Positions 1-8,195 of a stretch of 32,000 nucleotides of DNA are shown in pieces. The stretch lies in contig NZ_JBHSTI010000008.1 of assembly GCF_042660085.1 (NCBI RefSeq), forward strand, positions 1-32,000. The letters are read 5' to 3'. The stretch comes from Longivirga aurantiaca (lineage in GTDB: Bacteria; Actinomycetota; Actinomycetes; S36-B12; CAIYMF01). The notes beneath the pieces are model-generated. The model ran no database searches and was not told the origin of the DNA. It was given only the letters and a program-made list of their open reading frames with translations. Every line of letters begins with the position of its first letter. The stretch's first letter is position 1. A program made the translations under genes and the position numbers.

Positions 1-1
1 G

Positions 2-136
2 CCGTTGACGCTGCTGCTGTTGAACCTGCTCAACTGGACGATCTTCTGGTACCGGCCGGAGATGTCGCTGTCGGGCGACCAGATCGCCGACCGGATGGTC
101 GACCTGTTCCTCAACGGCGCGGTCAAGCCCAGCTGA
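2..136 (+). CDS. 3' end of a CDS entering from the left edge; tentatively the C-terminus of a TetR/AcrR-type regulator
   Basis: The frame is open from the window edge to TGA at 134-136. Translation is PLTLLLLNLLNWTIFWYRPEMSLSGDQIADRMVDLFLNGAVKPS, with GC-rich third positions. The family call rests only on resemblance to TetR C-terminal helices. Confidence 0.4.
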   Translation, partial: PLTLLLLNLLNWTIFWYRPEMSLSGDQIADRMVDLFLNGAVKPS

Positions 137-142
137 TCGCCG

Positions 143-928
143 TCACGCCGTGCCGCCAGCGGACGCAAGTCCCCCGTCCACGGTCAAGACGACTCCGGTG
201 ACCCACGCCGCGTCGTCCGACACGAGGTAGGCCACGGCCGAGGCCACGTCGGACGGCGCGCCCAGCCTGCCCATCGGATAGTGGGCGGCCACGGCGTCCT
301 CCCTGTCCTCGTACAGGGCCCGGGCGAACTGCGTCTTGACCACCGCCGGGGCCACGGCGTTCACGCGGACCGTCGGCCCGAGCTCCGCTGCCAACGTGCG
401 GGTCAGGTGCGAGACCGCCGCCTTGCTGACGCCGTACATGCCGATCCCGGGCGATGGCGTGTCGCCGGTGACGGACGACAGGTTCAGGACGCACCCACCT
501 CGGGTCACGAGCCCCAGCGGGTGCCGCACCGAGTCCTGCACCCAGGCGAGCGTGCCGAGGACGTTGACCTCGAGGATCTTCCGGGCGGCTCCGAGGTCGA
601 CGTCGACGATCGGTCCGTAGGCCGGGTTGATCCCGGCGTTGTTGACGAGGATGTCGAGGCCGCCGAGCTCGTCGGCGACCCGTGCCAACACCTCTGCCCG
701 GTGCTCAGCGTCGTCCGCCTTGCCCGGGACGCAGATCGCAGTGCCCGCAGGCATCGTGCTGACGGCTTCCTCCAGCGGACCGGCCGACCGGGCGGTGATG
801 CACACACGAGCGCCCTCGGCCACGAGCCGTTGCGCGATAGCGAGGCCGATACCGCGGCTCGCGCCGGTCACGATCGCCGTGCGACCGTCGAGCCGGCCAC
901 GCGTGGTGACGGTGGTCGAGTCAGTCAC
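143..928 (-). CDS. SDR-family oxidoreductase (FabG-like)
   Basis: 261-aa ORF with the Rossmann motif TGASRGIG, NNAG and catalytic YGVSK (YxxxK). Its GTG start overlaps the stop of the upstream acyl-CoA synthetase gene by 8 nt (GTGACTGA). Confidence 0.9.
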   Translation of the reverse strand: MTDSTTVTTRGRLDGRTAIVTGASRGIGLAIAQRLVAEGARVCITARSAGPLEEAVSTMPAGTAICVPGKADDAEHRAEVLARVADELGGLDILVNNAGINPAYGPIVDVDLGAARKILEVNVLGTLAWVQDSVRHPLGLVTRGGCVLNLSSVTGDTPSPGIGMYGVSKAAVSHLTRTLAAELGPTVRVNAVAPAVVKTQFARALYEDREDAVAAHYPMGRLGAPSDVASAVAYLVSDDAAWVTGVVLTVDGGLASAGGTA

Positions 929-2579
929 GTGGGTCCCTCAGCACGTTGCGGCGGATCTTGCCCGTCTGGGTCTTCGGGAGGTCCTCCACCAGGTGGACCT
1001 CCCGCGGGCACTTGTACGGAGCAATGCGCTCGCGGACGAAGGCACGGAGCTCGTCAGGGTCGGCCGAGCGACCAGGCTTGAGCGAGACGTAGGCGACGAC
1101 GGACTCGCCCTGGTAGTCGTCCGGTCTGCCCACCACGGCCGCCTCGTTCACCGAGGGGTGCTCGTACAGCGCGTCCTCGACCTCGCGGGGCCAGACCTTG
1201 TACCCCGAGACGTTGATCTGGTCCTTGAGCCGGTCGACGAGATAGATCCAGCCCTGCTCGTCCATGATCGCGCCGTCGCCCGTCCGCAGCCGTCCGCCGG
1301 GCATCGTCGCCTCGGTCGCCTCCGGCTTGCGCCAGTAGCCGGGGACGACCTGGGGGCCGGACAGCTCGAGCTCGCCCTGCTCGCCGTGGGCCACCGGGTG
1401 GCCGAACGGGTCCACGACGCGGGCGCGGAGGCCGGGCAGCGGCACGCCCACCGACAGGGTGCCGCTCGGCTGGTGGACGGGCGCCCGGCCCCGGAGCGGA
1501 ACGGCGATCGTGGCGGACGTGGTCTCCGTCATGCCGTACACGTTGTGGATGTACACGCCGAAGCGCTCCTGGAAGCGCTCGACAGTGCTGGGCGGGATCG
1601 GTGCGCCGCCGGAGTAGAGGGCGCGCACCGAGGCGAACTGCTCGGCACCGGCCTGCGGCAGGTTGTAGATCGCGTTGAACGCCGTGATCGAGCCGATCGT
1701 GAAAGTGACCTCGTGCTCGGCGAAGGCCTCGAGGACCACCTCGGGCTGGAACCGGTACGCGAGCACGAGCGGTGCCCCCGTCAGCAGGGCGATGGTGCAG
1801 TTGATCACCGCACCCGTGATGTGGAAGAGCGGGGCGATCGCGAGCACGACGTCGTCCGGTGTCAGGGCGAGCCACGAGGCATAGCTGCGGACGACCGCCA
1901 GAACGTTGCCGTGCGTGTTCATCGCGCCCTTGGCCGGGCCGGTGGTGCCCGAGGTGTACGCGAGGAGTGCCACGTCGTCGAGACCGACCTCCGGCTCCGC
2001 GGCCCGCCTGCCGGCGAACTCCTCGGACAGGGCCAGCAGATCGCCGTCGGGGGACACGGGACCGACGTCGAGGCTGCCGAAAGCCCTCAGGTCGTCGCGG
2101 GTCTGGCCGTGGCGGGGCGACGAGCTGAGGATCCAGAGCACGGTGCTTCCGGCCACCGTCGCCCGCGTCTCGTCCACAGCGTCGTCGCCGCAGACCATGC
2201 CGCACGCACCGGAGTCGTCGATGAGCTTGCGCAGCTCCTGACCCCGGTACATCGGGTTGAGCACCAAGGCGGTGGCGCCGAGCTTCCAGAGGGCGAGCAG
2301 CAGCAGCGGGTATGCCGGGACGTTCTGGAGGTAGACGCCGATCCGATCGCCGCGCTGCACACCTCGGCTCTGCAGGGCGGCGGCCAGGGCGTTCGAGCGG
2401 TCCTCGGCCTCCTGAGCCGTGATCACACCGTCGAAGTAGCGGACCGCGGGGGCCGTCGGCGCTGCGGCGACCCGTGCCCGCCACGCGTGCACCAGCGACG
2501 CGTCGGTGGTCGCGACGTCGGCCGCGACTCCTGGTGGGTACAGCGGGAGCCAGGGCCGATCGTCCTCGTCCTGCGGCAC
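921..2579 (-). CDS. AMP-dependent acyl-CoA synthetase/ligase (ANL superfamily)
   Basis: 552 aa with LAYTSGTTGPAKGAM (AMP-binding motif), YGMTE, RLRTGDGAIMDEQGWIYLVDRLKD and C-terminal PKTQTGKIRR. Confidence 0.92.
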   Translation of the reverse strand: MPQDEDDRPWLPLYPPGVAADVATTDASLVHAWRARVAAAPTAPAVRYFDGVITAQEAEDRSNALAAALQSRGVQRGDRIGVYLQNVPAYPLLLLALWKLGATALVLNPMYRGQELRKLIDDSGACGMVCGDDAVDETRATVAGSTVLWILSSSPRHGQTRDDLRAFGSLDVGPVSPDGDLLALSEEFAGRRAAEPEVGLDDVALLAYTSGTTGPAKGAMNTHGNVLAVVRSYASWLALTPDDVVLAIAPLFHITGAVINCTIALLTGAPLVLAYRFQPEVVLEAFAEHEVTFTIGSITAFNAIYNLPQAGAEQFASVRALYSGGAPIPPSTVERFQERFGVYIHNVYGMTETTSATIAVPLRGRAPVHQPSGTLSVGVPLPGLRARVVDPFGHPVAHGEQGELELSGPQVVPGYWRKPEATEATMPGGRLRTGDGAIMDEQGWIYLVDRLKDQINVSGYKVWPREVEDALYEHPSVNEAAVVGRPDDYQGESVVAYVSLKPGRSADPDELRAFVRERIAPYKCPREVHLVEDLPKTQTGKIRRNVLRDPRD

Positions 2580-2604
2580 GCGGTCCTCCAGTTCTGGGTG
2601 CGGC

Positions 2605-2634
2605 GCCGAGTGTAGACCGGGCGCCCGACAGATT
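2605..2634. promoter_or_regulatory. Copy 1 of a ~30-nt intergenic motif shared with 7370..7406
   Basis: gccgagtgtagaccgggcgcccgacagatt matches gccgagggtagac[tgtcaac]cgggcggccgatagatt at 27 of 30 aligned positions, apart from a 7-nt insertion. Both copies lie in divergent promoter gaps. Confidence 0.4.
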
Positions 2635-2648
2635 GCTACTGTCGGGCG
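2622..2648. promoter_or_regulatory. Perfect 10-bp inverted repeat CGCCCGACAG-N7-CTGTCGGGCG; candidate operator
   Basis: Read directly as cgcccgacag attgcta ctgtcgggcg. It sits inside the 98-bp gap between the divergent genes 921..2579(-) and 2678..3415(+). Confidence 0.4.
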
Positions 2649-2677
2649 ACCGGCTCACCGCAGCGACGAGGGAGATC

Positions 2678-3415
2678 ATGGCGACGCTCACGTACGACTT
2701 CACGGGCAGGACAGTGATCGTGACCGGTGCGGCCCAGGGAATCGGCGCCGAGATGGCGGCCTTCTTCGCCCGGGCGGGCGCGGACGTCGTCGCGGTGGAC
2801 CTGGACGCGGAGCGTCTGGGCGACGTGGCTGCCCGGGCGGGGGCGCGCATGGTCGTCGGCGACGTCTCGGCGACCAGCACAGCGGACGCGGCCGTGACTG
2901 CCGCCCTCGAGGCGACCGGGCGCGTCGACGTGCTCGTGAACAACGCCGGCATCCTGCGTGACAACGTCGTCTGGAAGATCACCGACGACGACTGGGACCT
3001 CGTGCTCGGCGTCCATGCTGGCGGGACGTTCCGGATGACGCGCGCCTGCACGCCGGTCTTCCGCGCTCAGGGGTCGGGCCGCATCGTCAACGTGACCTCG
3101 TACACGGGACTGCACGGCAACGTCGGCCAGGCGAACTACGCCACCGCGAAGGCGGGGATCATCGGGTTCACCAAGACAGCGGCGAAGGAGCTCGCCCGGT
3201 TCGGGGTCACTGTCAACGCGATCAGCCCCAACGCGGCGACCCGGATGGTCGAGAGCATCCCCGAGGAGCGCCGACGGGAGATCGAGCTCCAGGCACCGCT
3301 CGGCAGATTCGGGGAGCCGAGCGAGATGTGCGCGGCGGTCGGGTTCCTCGCCTCCGACGAGGCGGCGTACATCACCGGGGTCGTCCTGCCCGTCGACGGC
3401 GGGCTGTCGATGTGA
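2678..3415 (+). CDS. SDR-family oxidoreductase (3-oxoacyl reductase / FabG-like)
   Basis: ATG at 2678 is preceded by GAGGGAG. 245 aa with TGAAQGIG, NNAG and YATAK. The longer ORF-track start at 2474 gives an R/P-rich extension that looks non-coding. Confidence 0.9.
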   Translation: MATLTYDFTGRTVIVTGAAQGIGAEMAAFFARAGADVVAVDLDAERLGDVAARAGARMVVGDVSATSTADAAVTAALEATGRVDVLVNNAGILRDNVVWKITDDDWDLVLGVHAGGTFRMTRACTPVFRAQGSGRIVNVTSYTGLHGNVGQANYATAKAGIIGFTKTAAKELARFGVTVNAISPNAATRMVESIPEERRREIELQAPLGRFGEPSEMCAAVGFLASDEAAYITGVVLPVDGGLSM

Positions 3416-3472
3416 ACGGCACTCCACCTGATGTGCGTCCCCGCAGCACCGACGAGATGAGCTGACGCGAGC

Positions 3473-4708
3473 ATGGATTTCTCCCTGAGCCCGAGAGCAC
3501 GCGAGCTGTCGGACTCGCTCTGGCGCTTCCTCGTCGACGACGTCCTGCCCGCCGAGGCGGAGTACGACGCCTACCGTGCGGCTGCCGGTCCCGACGACCA
3601 CTCGGTGCCCCCGGTGGTCGAAGCACTCAAGGGCGAAGCGCGAGCGCGCGGGCTCTGGAACCTCTTCCTCCCCGACGTTTCCGGCCTCAGCAACGTCGAG
3701 TACGCGTCGTTGGCGGAGATCACGGGTTGGTCCACCGAGATCTTCCCGGAGGCGGTGAACTGCGCAGCGCCGGACACGGGCAACATGGAGACGCTCCACC
3801 TGTTCGGCAGTGATCAGCAGAAGGCCGAGTGGCTCGAGCCGTTGCTCGAGGGCCGGATCCGGTCGTCGTTCGTCATGACCGAGCCGGGGGTCGCATCCTC
3901 CGACGCCACGAATATCGAGTGCCGGATCCGCAGGGACGGCGACGACTACGTGATCGACGGTCGGAAGTGGTGGGCGACGGGTGCCAACGACCCCCGCTGC
4001 CGCATCCTCATCGTGATGGGCAAGACCGACCCCGACGGACCCAAGCACCGGCAGCAGTCGATGGTGCTCGTGCCCGTCGACACTCCGGGCGTCGAGATCC
4101 TCCGGTCGCTGCCGGTGTTCGGCAGGCAGGACCAGCACGGCCACGCGGAGATCGTCCTCACCGAGGTCAGGGTTCCCGTGTCGAACCTGCTGGCCACCGA
4201 GGGCGACGGCTTCGCGATCGCGCAGGCACGGCTGGGGCCCGGGCGGATCCACCACTGCATGCGGGCGATCGGAGCCGCCGAGCGCGCGCTCGCCCTCATG
4301 GTCGAACGCGCTCGCACCCGCGTCGCCTTCGGTCGGCCGCTGGCCGACCAGGGGATGATCCACTCCGCCATCGCCGAATCGCGGGTCGAGATCGAGCAGG
4401 CGCGGCTCCTGACCCTCAAGGCCGCGTGGCTCATCGACAGGTACGGCAGCCAGGGAGCGGCCAACGAGATCGCCCAGATCAAGCTCGTCGCCCCTCGAGT
4501 GGCCACCCAGGTCATCGATCGGGCCATCCAGGTCCACGGCGGCATGGGGGTGAGCGACGACGTCCCGCTGGCGAAGTCCTACGGCTGGCACCGGGCCATG
4601 CGCATCTTCGACGGACCGGACGAGGTGCATGCGCGCTCCATCGCGCGCAGCGAACTCCGCAGGGAGTACTTCACGCCTCCGGAGTGGATGAGGCCGGATC
4701 CACGATGA
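3473..4708 (+). CDS. Acyl-CoA dehydrogenase family protein (ACAD10/11 / FadE-like)
   Basis: 411 aa with the ACAD pattern MTEPGVASSDATNIE, DYVIDGRKWWATGA, GDGFAIAQARLGPGRIHHCMRAIG and C-terminal RIFDGPDEVH. Confidence 0.9.
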   Translation: MDFSLSPRARELSDSLWRFLVDDVLPAEAEYDAYRAAAGPDDHSVPPVVEALKGEARARGLWNLFLPDVSGLSNVEYASLAEITGWSTEIFPEAVNCAAPDTGNMETLHLFGSDQQKAEWLEPLLEGRIRSSFVMTEPGVASSDATNIECRIRRDGDDYVIDGRKWWATGANDPRCRILIVMGKTDPDGPKHRQQSMVLVPVDTPGVEILRSLPVFGRQDQHGHAEIVLTEVRVPVSNLLATEGDGFAIAQARLGPGRIHHCMRAIGAAERALALMVERARTRVAFGRPLADQGMIHSAIAESRVEIEQARLLTLKAAWLIDRYGSQGAANEIAQIKLVAPRVATQVIDRAIQVHGGMGVSDDVPLAKSYGWHRAMRIFDGPDEVHARSIARSELRREYFTPPEWMRPDPR

Positions 4709-5466
4709 CCATCGTGCCCCCGTTGGTGGTCGTGGAGGCGGACGCCGGCGTCCTCACTCTGACCTTGAACCGTCCGCAGTCGTCCAACGCGCTCGATCCG
4801 TCGCTCGTGGCAGCCCTGGACATCGCGTTGGACGCCGCGTCGTCGGTCGATGTCGGGTGCGTCCTGCTGCGGGCCGCAGGCAAGCGATTCTGCGTGGGCG
4901 GCGACGTCACAGCCTTCGGCGCGGGGAGCGACGTCGCTGTCGTGGAGTCCCACGTCGTGCGCACCGCGGGCGTGGTGAGGCGCCTGCGTGAGCTCGAGGC
5001 TCCGCTGGTGGTGGCCGCCCAGGGAGCCGTTGCGGGCGCCGGGCTCGCTCTCGTGCTGGCCGCAGACGTCACGGTGGCTGGTCGATCGACGCGGTTCGTG
5101 CCGGCGTACAACGCCATCGGGCTCACTCCGGACGTCGGTGTGTCCTGGTTGCTGACCCGGGCGGTCGGGGAGCGTCGCGCGCTGCAGTACCTCGTGTCGG
5201 GCACGGAGCTCACGGCCGCCGAGGCATGCGACTGGGGGATCGTGTCGGAGGTCGTGGACGACGACAGTGTCGGCGGACACGCCGAGTCGATCTGTCGGCG
5301 GATCGCAGCGTCTGGGTTTGCCGCACGCGAGACGAAACGGCTGCTGCGCTCCGCGTCGACGGCGACGACGGACGACAGCGCCGGGGATGAGGCGGCCACC
5401 TTCGGTCGTGCCCTGTCGTCCGACCTCGCGCAGCGTCGCATCGCCGACTTCCTCGACCGACACTGA
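4705..5466 (+). CDS. Enoyl-CoA hydratase/isomerase (crotonase) family protein
   Basis: ATG at 4705 overlaps the ACAD stop (ATGA). 253 aa with LTLNRPQSSNALD, RAAGKRFCVGGDV and GAVAGAGLALVLAADV. The ORF-track start at 3829 lies inside the ACAD gene in another frame. Confidence 0.85.
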   Translation: MTIVPPLVVVEADAGVLTLTLNRPQSSNALDPSLVAALDIALDAASSVDVGCVLLRAAGKRFCVGGDVTAFGAGSDVAVVESHVVRTAGVVRRLRELEAPLVVAAQGAVAGAGLALVLAADVTVAGRSTRFVPAYNAIGLTPDVGVSWLLTRAVGERRALQYLVSGTELTAAEACDWGIVSEVVDDDSVGGHAESICRRIAASGFAARETKRLLRSASTATTDDSAGDEAATFGRALSSDLAQRRIADFLDRH

Positions 5467-5478
5467 GCTGGGAGCATC

Positions 5479-6255
5479 ATGGACCGGACTGTGGCGCTGG
5501 TAACCGGCGCCAACCGCGGCGTCGGTCGCGCGTTCGTCGAGGCTCTCCTGGACCGGGGCACGGTGAAGGTCTACGCCGCGGCCCGCGATCTCGATTCCCT
5601 CGGACCGGTGGTCGAGCTCGATCCCGGCCGTGTCGTACCGGTTCACCTCGACCTGCTCGACCCCGCGAGCATCAGCGAGGCCGCGGTAACGGCGTCGGAT
5701 GTCACCCTCCTCGTCAACAACGCGGGCATCCTGCGCTTCGGCGCGGGCCTCGAGATCGAACGTGACGAGGTCCTGGACCACTTCCTGACCAACACCATGG
5801 GCACGTACGACGTGATCCGCTCCTTCGTCCCGGCACTCGAGCGCAACGGCGGTGGACAGATCCTGGTCGTGATGTCGCTGCAGTCGCTCGGGGCGCGCCC
5901 GGGCGCCACCGGCTACTCCGTGTCGAAGGCCGCCCTGCACTCGCTCTGCCAGTCCCTTCGTCCCGCACTCCGGGAGCGCGGCATCGCCCTCTCGGGCGTG
6001 TACCCGGGGGCCATCGACACGGACATGCTCCGGGGTTTCGACATCCCCAAGACGTCGGCCCGCGACGTGGCCGAAGGTGCATTGCGCGGTCTGGACGAGG
6101 GACGGGCCGACATCTTCCCGGATGCGGACGGGCAGCTGCTCGGCGACATCTGGCGCACCGATCCGCTGCGGCTCGAGCGGCTCTTCACCGACACCGACGA
6201 ACTGCGCGAGTTCCTCACACAGGCGCGAGCCGACCGCGACGCGGCTCGCAGCTGA
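5479..6255 (+). CDS. SDR-family oxidoreductase (paralog of 7413..8192)
   Basis: 258 aa with TGANRGVG, NNAG and YSVSK. It aligns end to end with the 7413..8192 product. Confidence 0.88.
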   Translation: MDRTVALVTGANRGVGRAFVEALLDRGTVKVYAAARDLDSLGPVVELDPGRVVPVHLDLLDPASISEAAVTASDVTLLVNNAGILRFGAGLEIERDEVLDHFLTNTMGTYDVIRSFVPALERNGGGQILVVMSLQSLGARPGATGYSVSKAALHSLCQSLRPALRERGIALSGVYPGAIDTDMLRGFDIPKTSARDVAEGALRGLDEGRADIFPDADGQLLGDIWRTDPLRLERLFTDTDELREFLTQARADRDAARS

Positions 6256-6258
6256 CCG

Positions 6259-7338
6259 TCAGACCTGACCCAACCGCAGGGCGTCGGCCAGATCGTCGAT
6301 GTCCTCGTCGGAGTCCGGGCGGATGGAGAAGCACACCTCGGCTACGCCGGCAGCCTCGAGGTCGGCCATGCGGGCCCGGAGTCCTTCCGCTGTCCAGATG
6401 CAGCTGCCGCTCGCGAGCAGCTCCGGCGTGATGAGGTGGGCCTCCTCGGGCCGCACGTAGAGGCAGTGGCCCTCCTGCAGGTCCAGCACCGGGTTGGCGG
6501 AGCCCTGCATCGACTCGAGGATCGGCCGGTAGCCCTCGACGGCTGCACGCATCGCGGGGCCGAGGAAGTCGGGCACCCCCTTGCCGAGGAGGTAGGCCTC
6601 GTCCGCCCAGTAGTGGACCTCGGACATCGCCATCTGCCCGGCGATCGCCCGGATACGGGGTGAGTCCAGCTCCTCGCCCTCGCGGAGCGTTCCGCCATGG
6701 GCCACGAAGTACGTCGCCCGCAGCTCCTCGGGCGCGCGACCGGCGTCGCTCCACGCCTGCTTCATGGCGGTGAGCGAGTCGGGCACCCCGCCGGGTCCCG
6801 GAGGCAGGATGTCGGCCCATCCCACGCCCAGCTCGGCAGTCAGCGCTCGGATGCGCGGTCCGGCGGCAGCGATGCTGATCGCCACAGGGTCAGCCGTGTT
6901 GAGGACCCGGCCGGGATGCAGCAGCCGCACGGTCGACGTTCGGCCCTCGGCCACGACCTGCGCGTCGTCGCCCCGCAGCAGCGCCCGCACCGCGGTCATG
7001 TGCCGGGCGAAGTCTTCGAGCCTCTGAGGCGTCAGACCGTAGCTGCGCCGTGCAGTTCGGCCCGTGCCCGCCGTCAGCTCGAGCCTGCCGGGCGCGAGAG
7101 CGTTCAGCGAGGCGAAGGCGCATGCTGTGACCGCAGGGTCGCGGGTCCAGGGCACGTAGACCCCGGTGCCGATCCGGATGCGCTGCGTACTCACCGCTGC
7201 CGCTGCGGCGTTGACGATGACATCGCCCGCGACCAGCGGCGAGTCCCAGAAGCGGATGCTGGAGAACCCGCGCTGCTCGGCGCGCAGTGCACGTGCCGCC
7301 CCGTCGGCGTTTCCTGCAACGGTGATGCCGTACTGCAT
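6259..7338 (-). CDS. Luciferase-like monooxygenase (LLM) class flavin/F420-dependent oxidoreductase
   Basis: 359 aa with an LLM TIM-barrel-like pattern (FSSIRFWDSP, RIRIGTGV, LELTAGTG). GAGGAGG lies upstream of the ATG at 7338. The subclass is not resolvable by eye. Confidence 0.75.
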   Translation of the reverse strand: MQYGITVAGNADGAARALRAEQRGFSSIRFWDSPLVAGDVIVNAAAAAVSTQRIRIGTGVYVPWTRDPAVTACAFASLNALAPGRLELTAGTGRTARRSYGLTPQRLEDFARHMTAVRALLRGDDAQVVAEGRTSTVRLLHPGRVLNTADPVAISIAAAGPRIRALTAELGVGWADILPPGPGGVPDSLTAMKQAWSDAGRAPEELRATYFVAHGGTLREGEELDSPRIRAIAGQMAMSEVHYWADEAYLLGKGVPDFLGPAMRAAVEGYRPILESMQGSANPVLDLQEGHCLYVRPEEAHLITPELLASGSCIWTAEGLRARMADLEAAGVAEVCFSIRPDSDEDIDDLADALRLGQV

Positions 7339-7369
7339 CGGACCTCCTCGGCCCAGGCTGCGGGCACGT

Positions 7370-7406
7370 GCCGAGGGTAGACTGTCAACCGGGCGGCCGA
7401 TAGATT
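7370..7406. promoter_or_regulatory. Copy 2 of the shared intergenic motif; contains TANNNT hexamers TAGACT and TAGATT
   Basis: See 2605..2634. TAGATT (7401-7406) ends 6 nt before the ATG at 7413. No Shine-Dalgarno is visible, which is consistent with a leaderless transcript. Confidence 0.35.
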
Positions 7407-7412
7407 TTCGCC

Positions 7413-8192
7413 ATGGATCTCCTGGGCATCACCGCGCTCGTGACCGGCTCCAACCGCGGCGTGGGGAAAGCCCTCGTCGAAGCCCTACTGGAGCGCGGGG
7501 CCTCCCGCGTCTACGCGACGGCGCGCGACGTCGGGGCAGTGGAGTCGCTCGTCGCACTAGCCCCCGAGCGTGTGGTGCCGCTGCATCTGGATCTGCTGGA
7601 CCTGGCCTCCATCGCGACGGCGGCAGACACTGCCAGCGACGTCACGCTCCTGGTCAACAACGGGGCGATCCTCGAGTTCGGCGCTGGTCTCGAGTGCGAG
7701 CGCGACAACATCCTGCGCCACCTCATGACCAACACGATGGGCAGCTTCGACGTCATTCGCGCGTTCGCGCCGGTGCTCCAACGCAACGGAGGCGGCCGGA
7801 TCGTCACGATCATGTCGCTGCAGTCGTACGCGGGGTCGAGCGGCCTGGATGGCTACTCCGCGTCGAAGGCGGCGCTGCACTCGCTGTCGCAGTCCTTGCG
7901 TCCGGTGCTCGAGGCTCAGGGCGTGACGATCAGCGGGGTGTACCCGGGAGGAATCGACACCGACATGCTCAAGGGGCTGGACGCGCCGAAGTCCTCTCCC
8001 CGGACAGTCGCAGAAGGCACGCTCGACGGAATCGAGCGCGACGAGCAGGACATCTTCCCGGACCCGGTCGCACGCCTTCTTGCCGAGATCTGGTTCGCCG
8101 ATCCGAAGCGCTACGAGGAGTTGTTCGCCAAGACCCCGGATCTCGTGGCAGTGCTCGACGCGGCGCGCGCCGACGGCCGTCTGGCGATGTGA
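7413..8192 (+). CDS. SDR-family oxidoreductase (paralog of 5479..6255)
   Basis: 259 aa with TGSNRGVG and YSASK. The NNAG motif is permuted to NNGA. Confidence 0.88.
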   Translation: MDLLGITALVTGSNRGVGKALVEALLERGASRVYATARDVGAVESLVALAPERVVPLHLDLLDLASIATAADTASDVTLLVNNGAILEFGAGLECERDNILRHLMTNTMGSFDVIRAFAPVLQRNGGGRIVTIMSLQSYAGSSGLDGYSASKAALHSLSQSLRPVLEAQGVTISGVYPGGIDTDMLKGLDAPKSSPRTVAEGTLDGIERDEQDIFPDPVARLLAEIWFADPKRYEELFAKTPDLVAVLDAARADGRLAM

Positions 8193-8195
8193 GCG

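Noticed and set aside
627-4630. Very long ORFs in other frames or strands (627..2615 +, 1054..3051 -, 2636..4630 -, 3829..4704 +) overlapping the acyl-CoA synthetase, SDR and ACAD genes
   Set aside because: Their translations are dominated by R/G/P/A runs with no family motifs, which is the typical shadow-ORF artefact of ~70% GC DNA. The chosen frames carry clear enzyme signatures and ribosome-binding sites.
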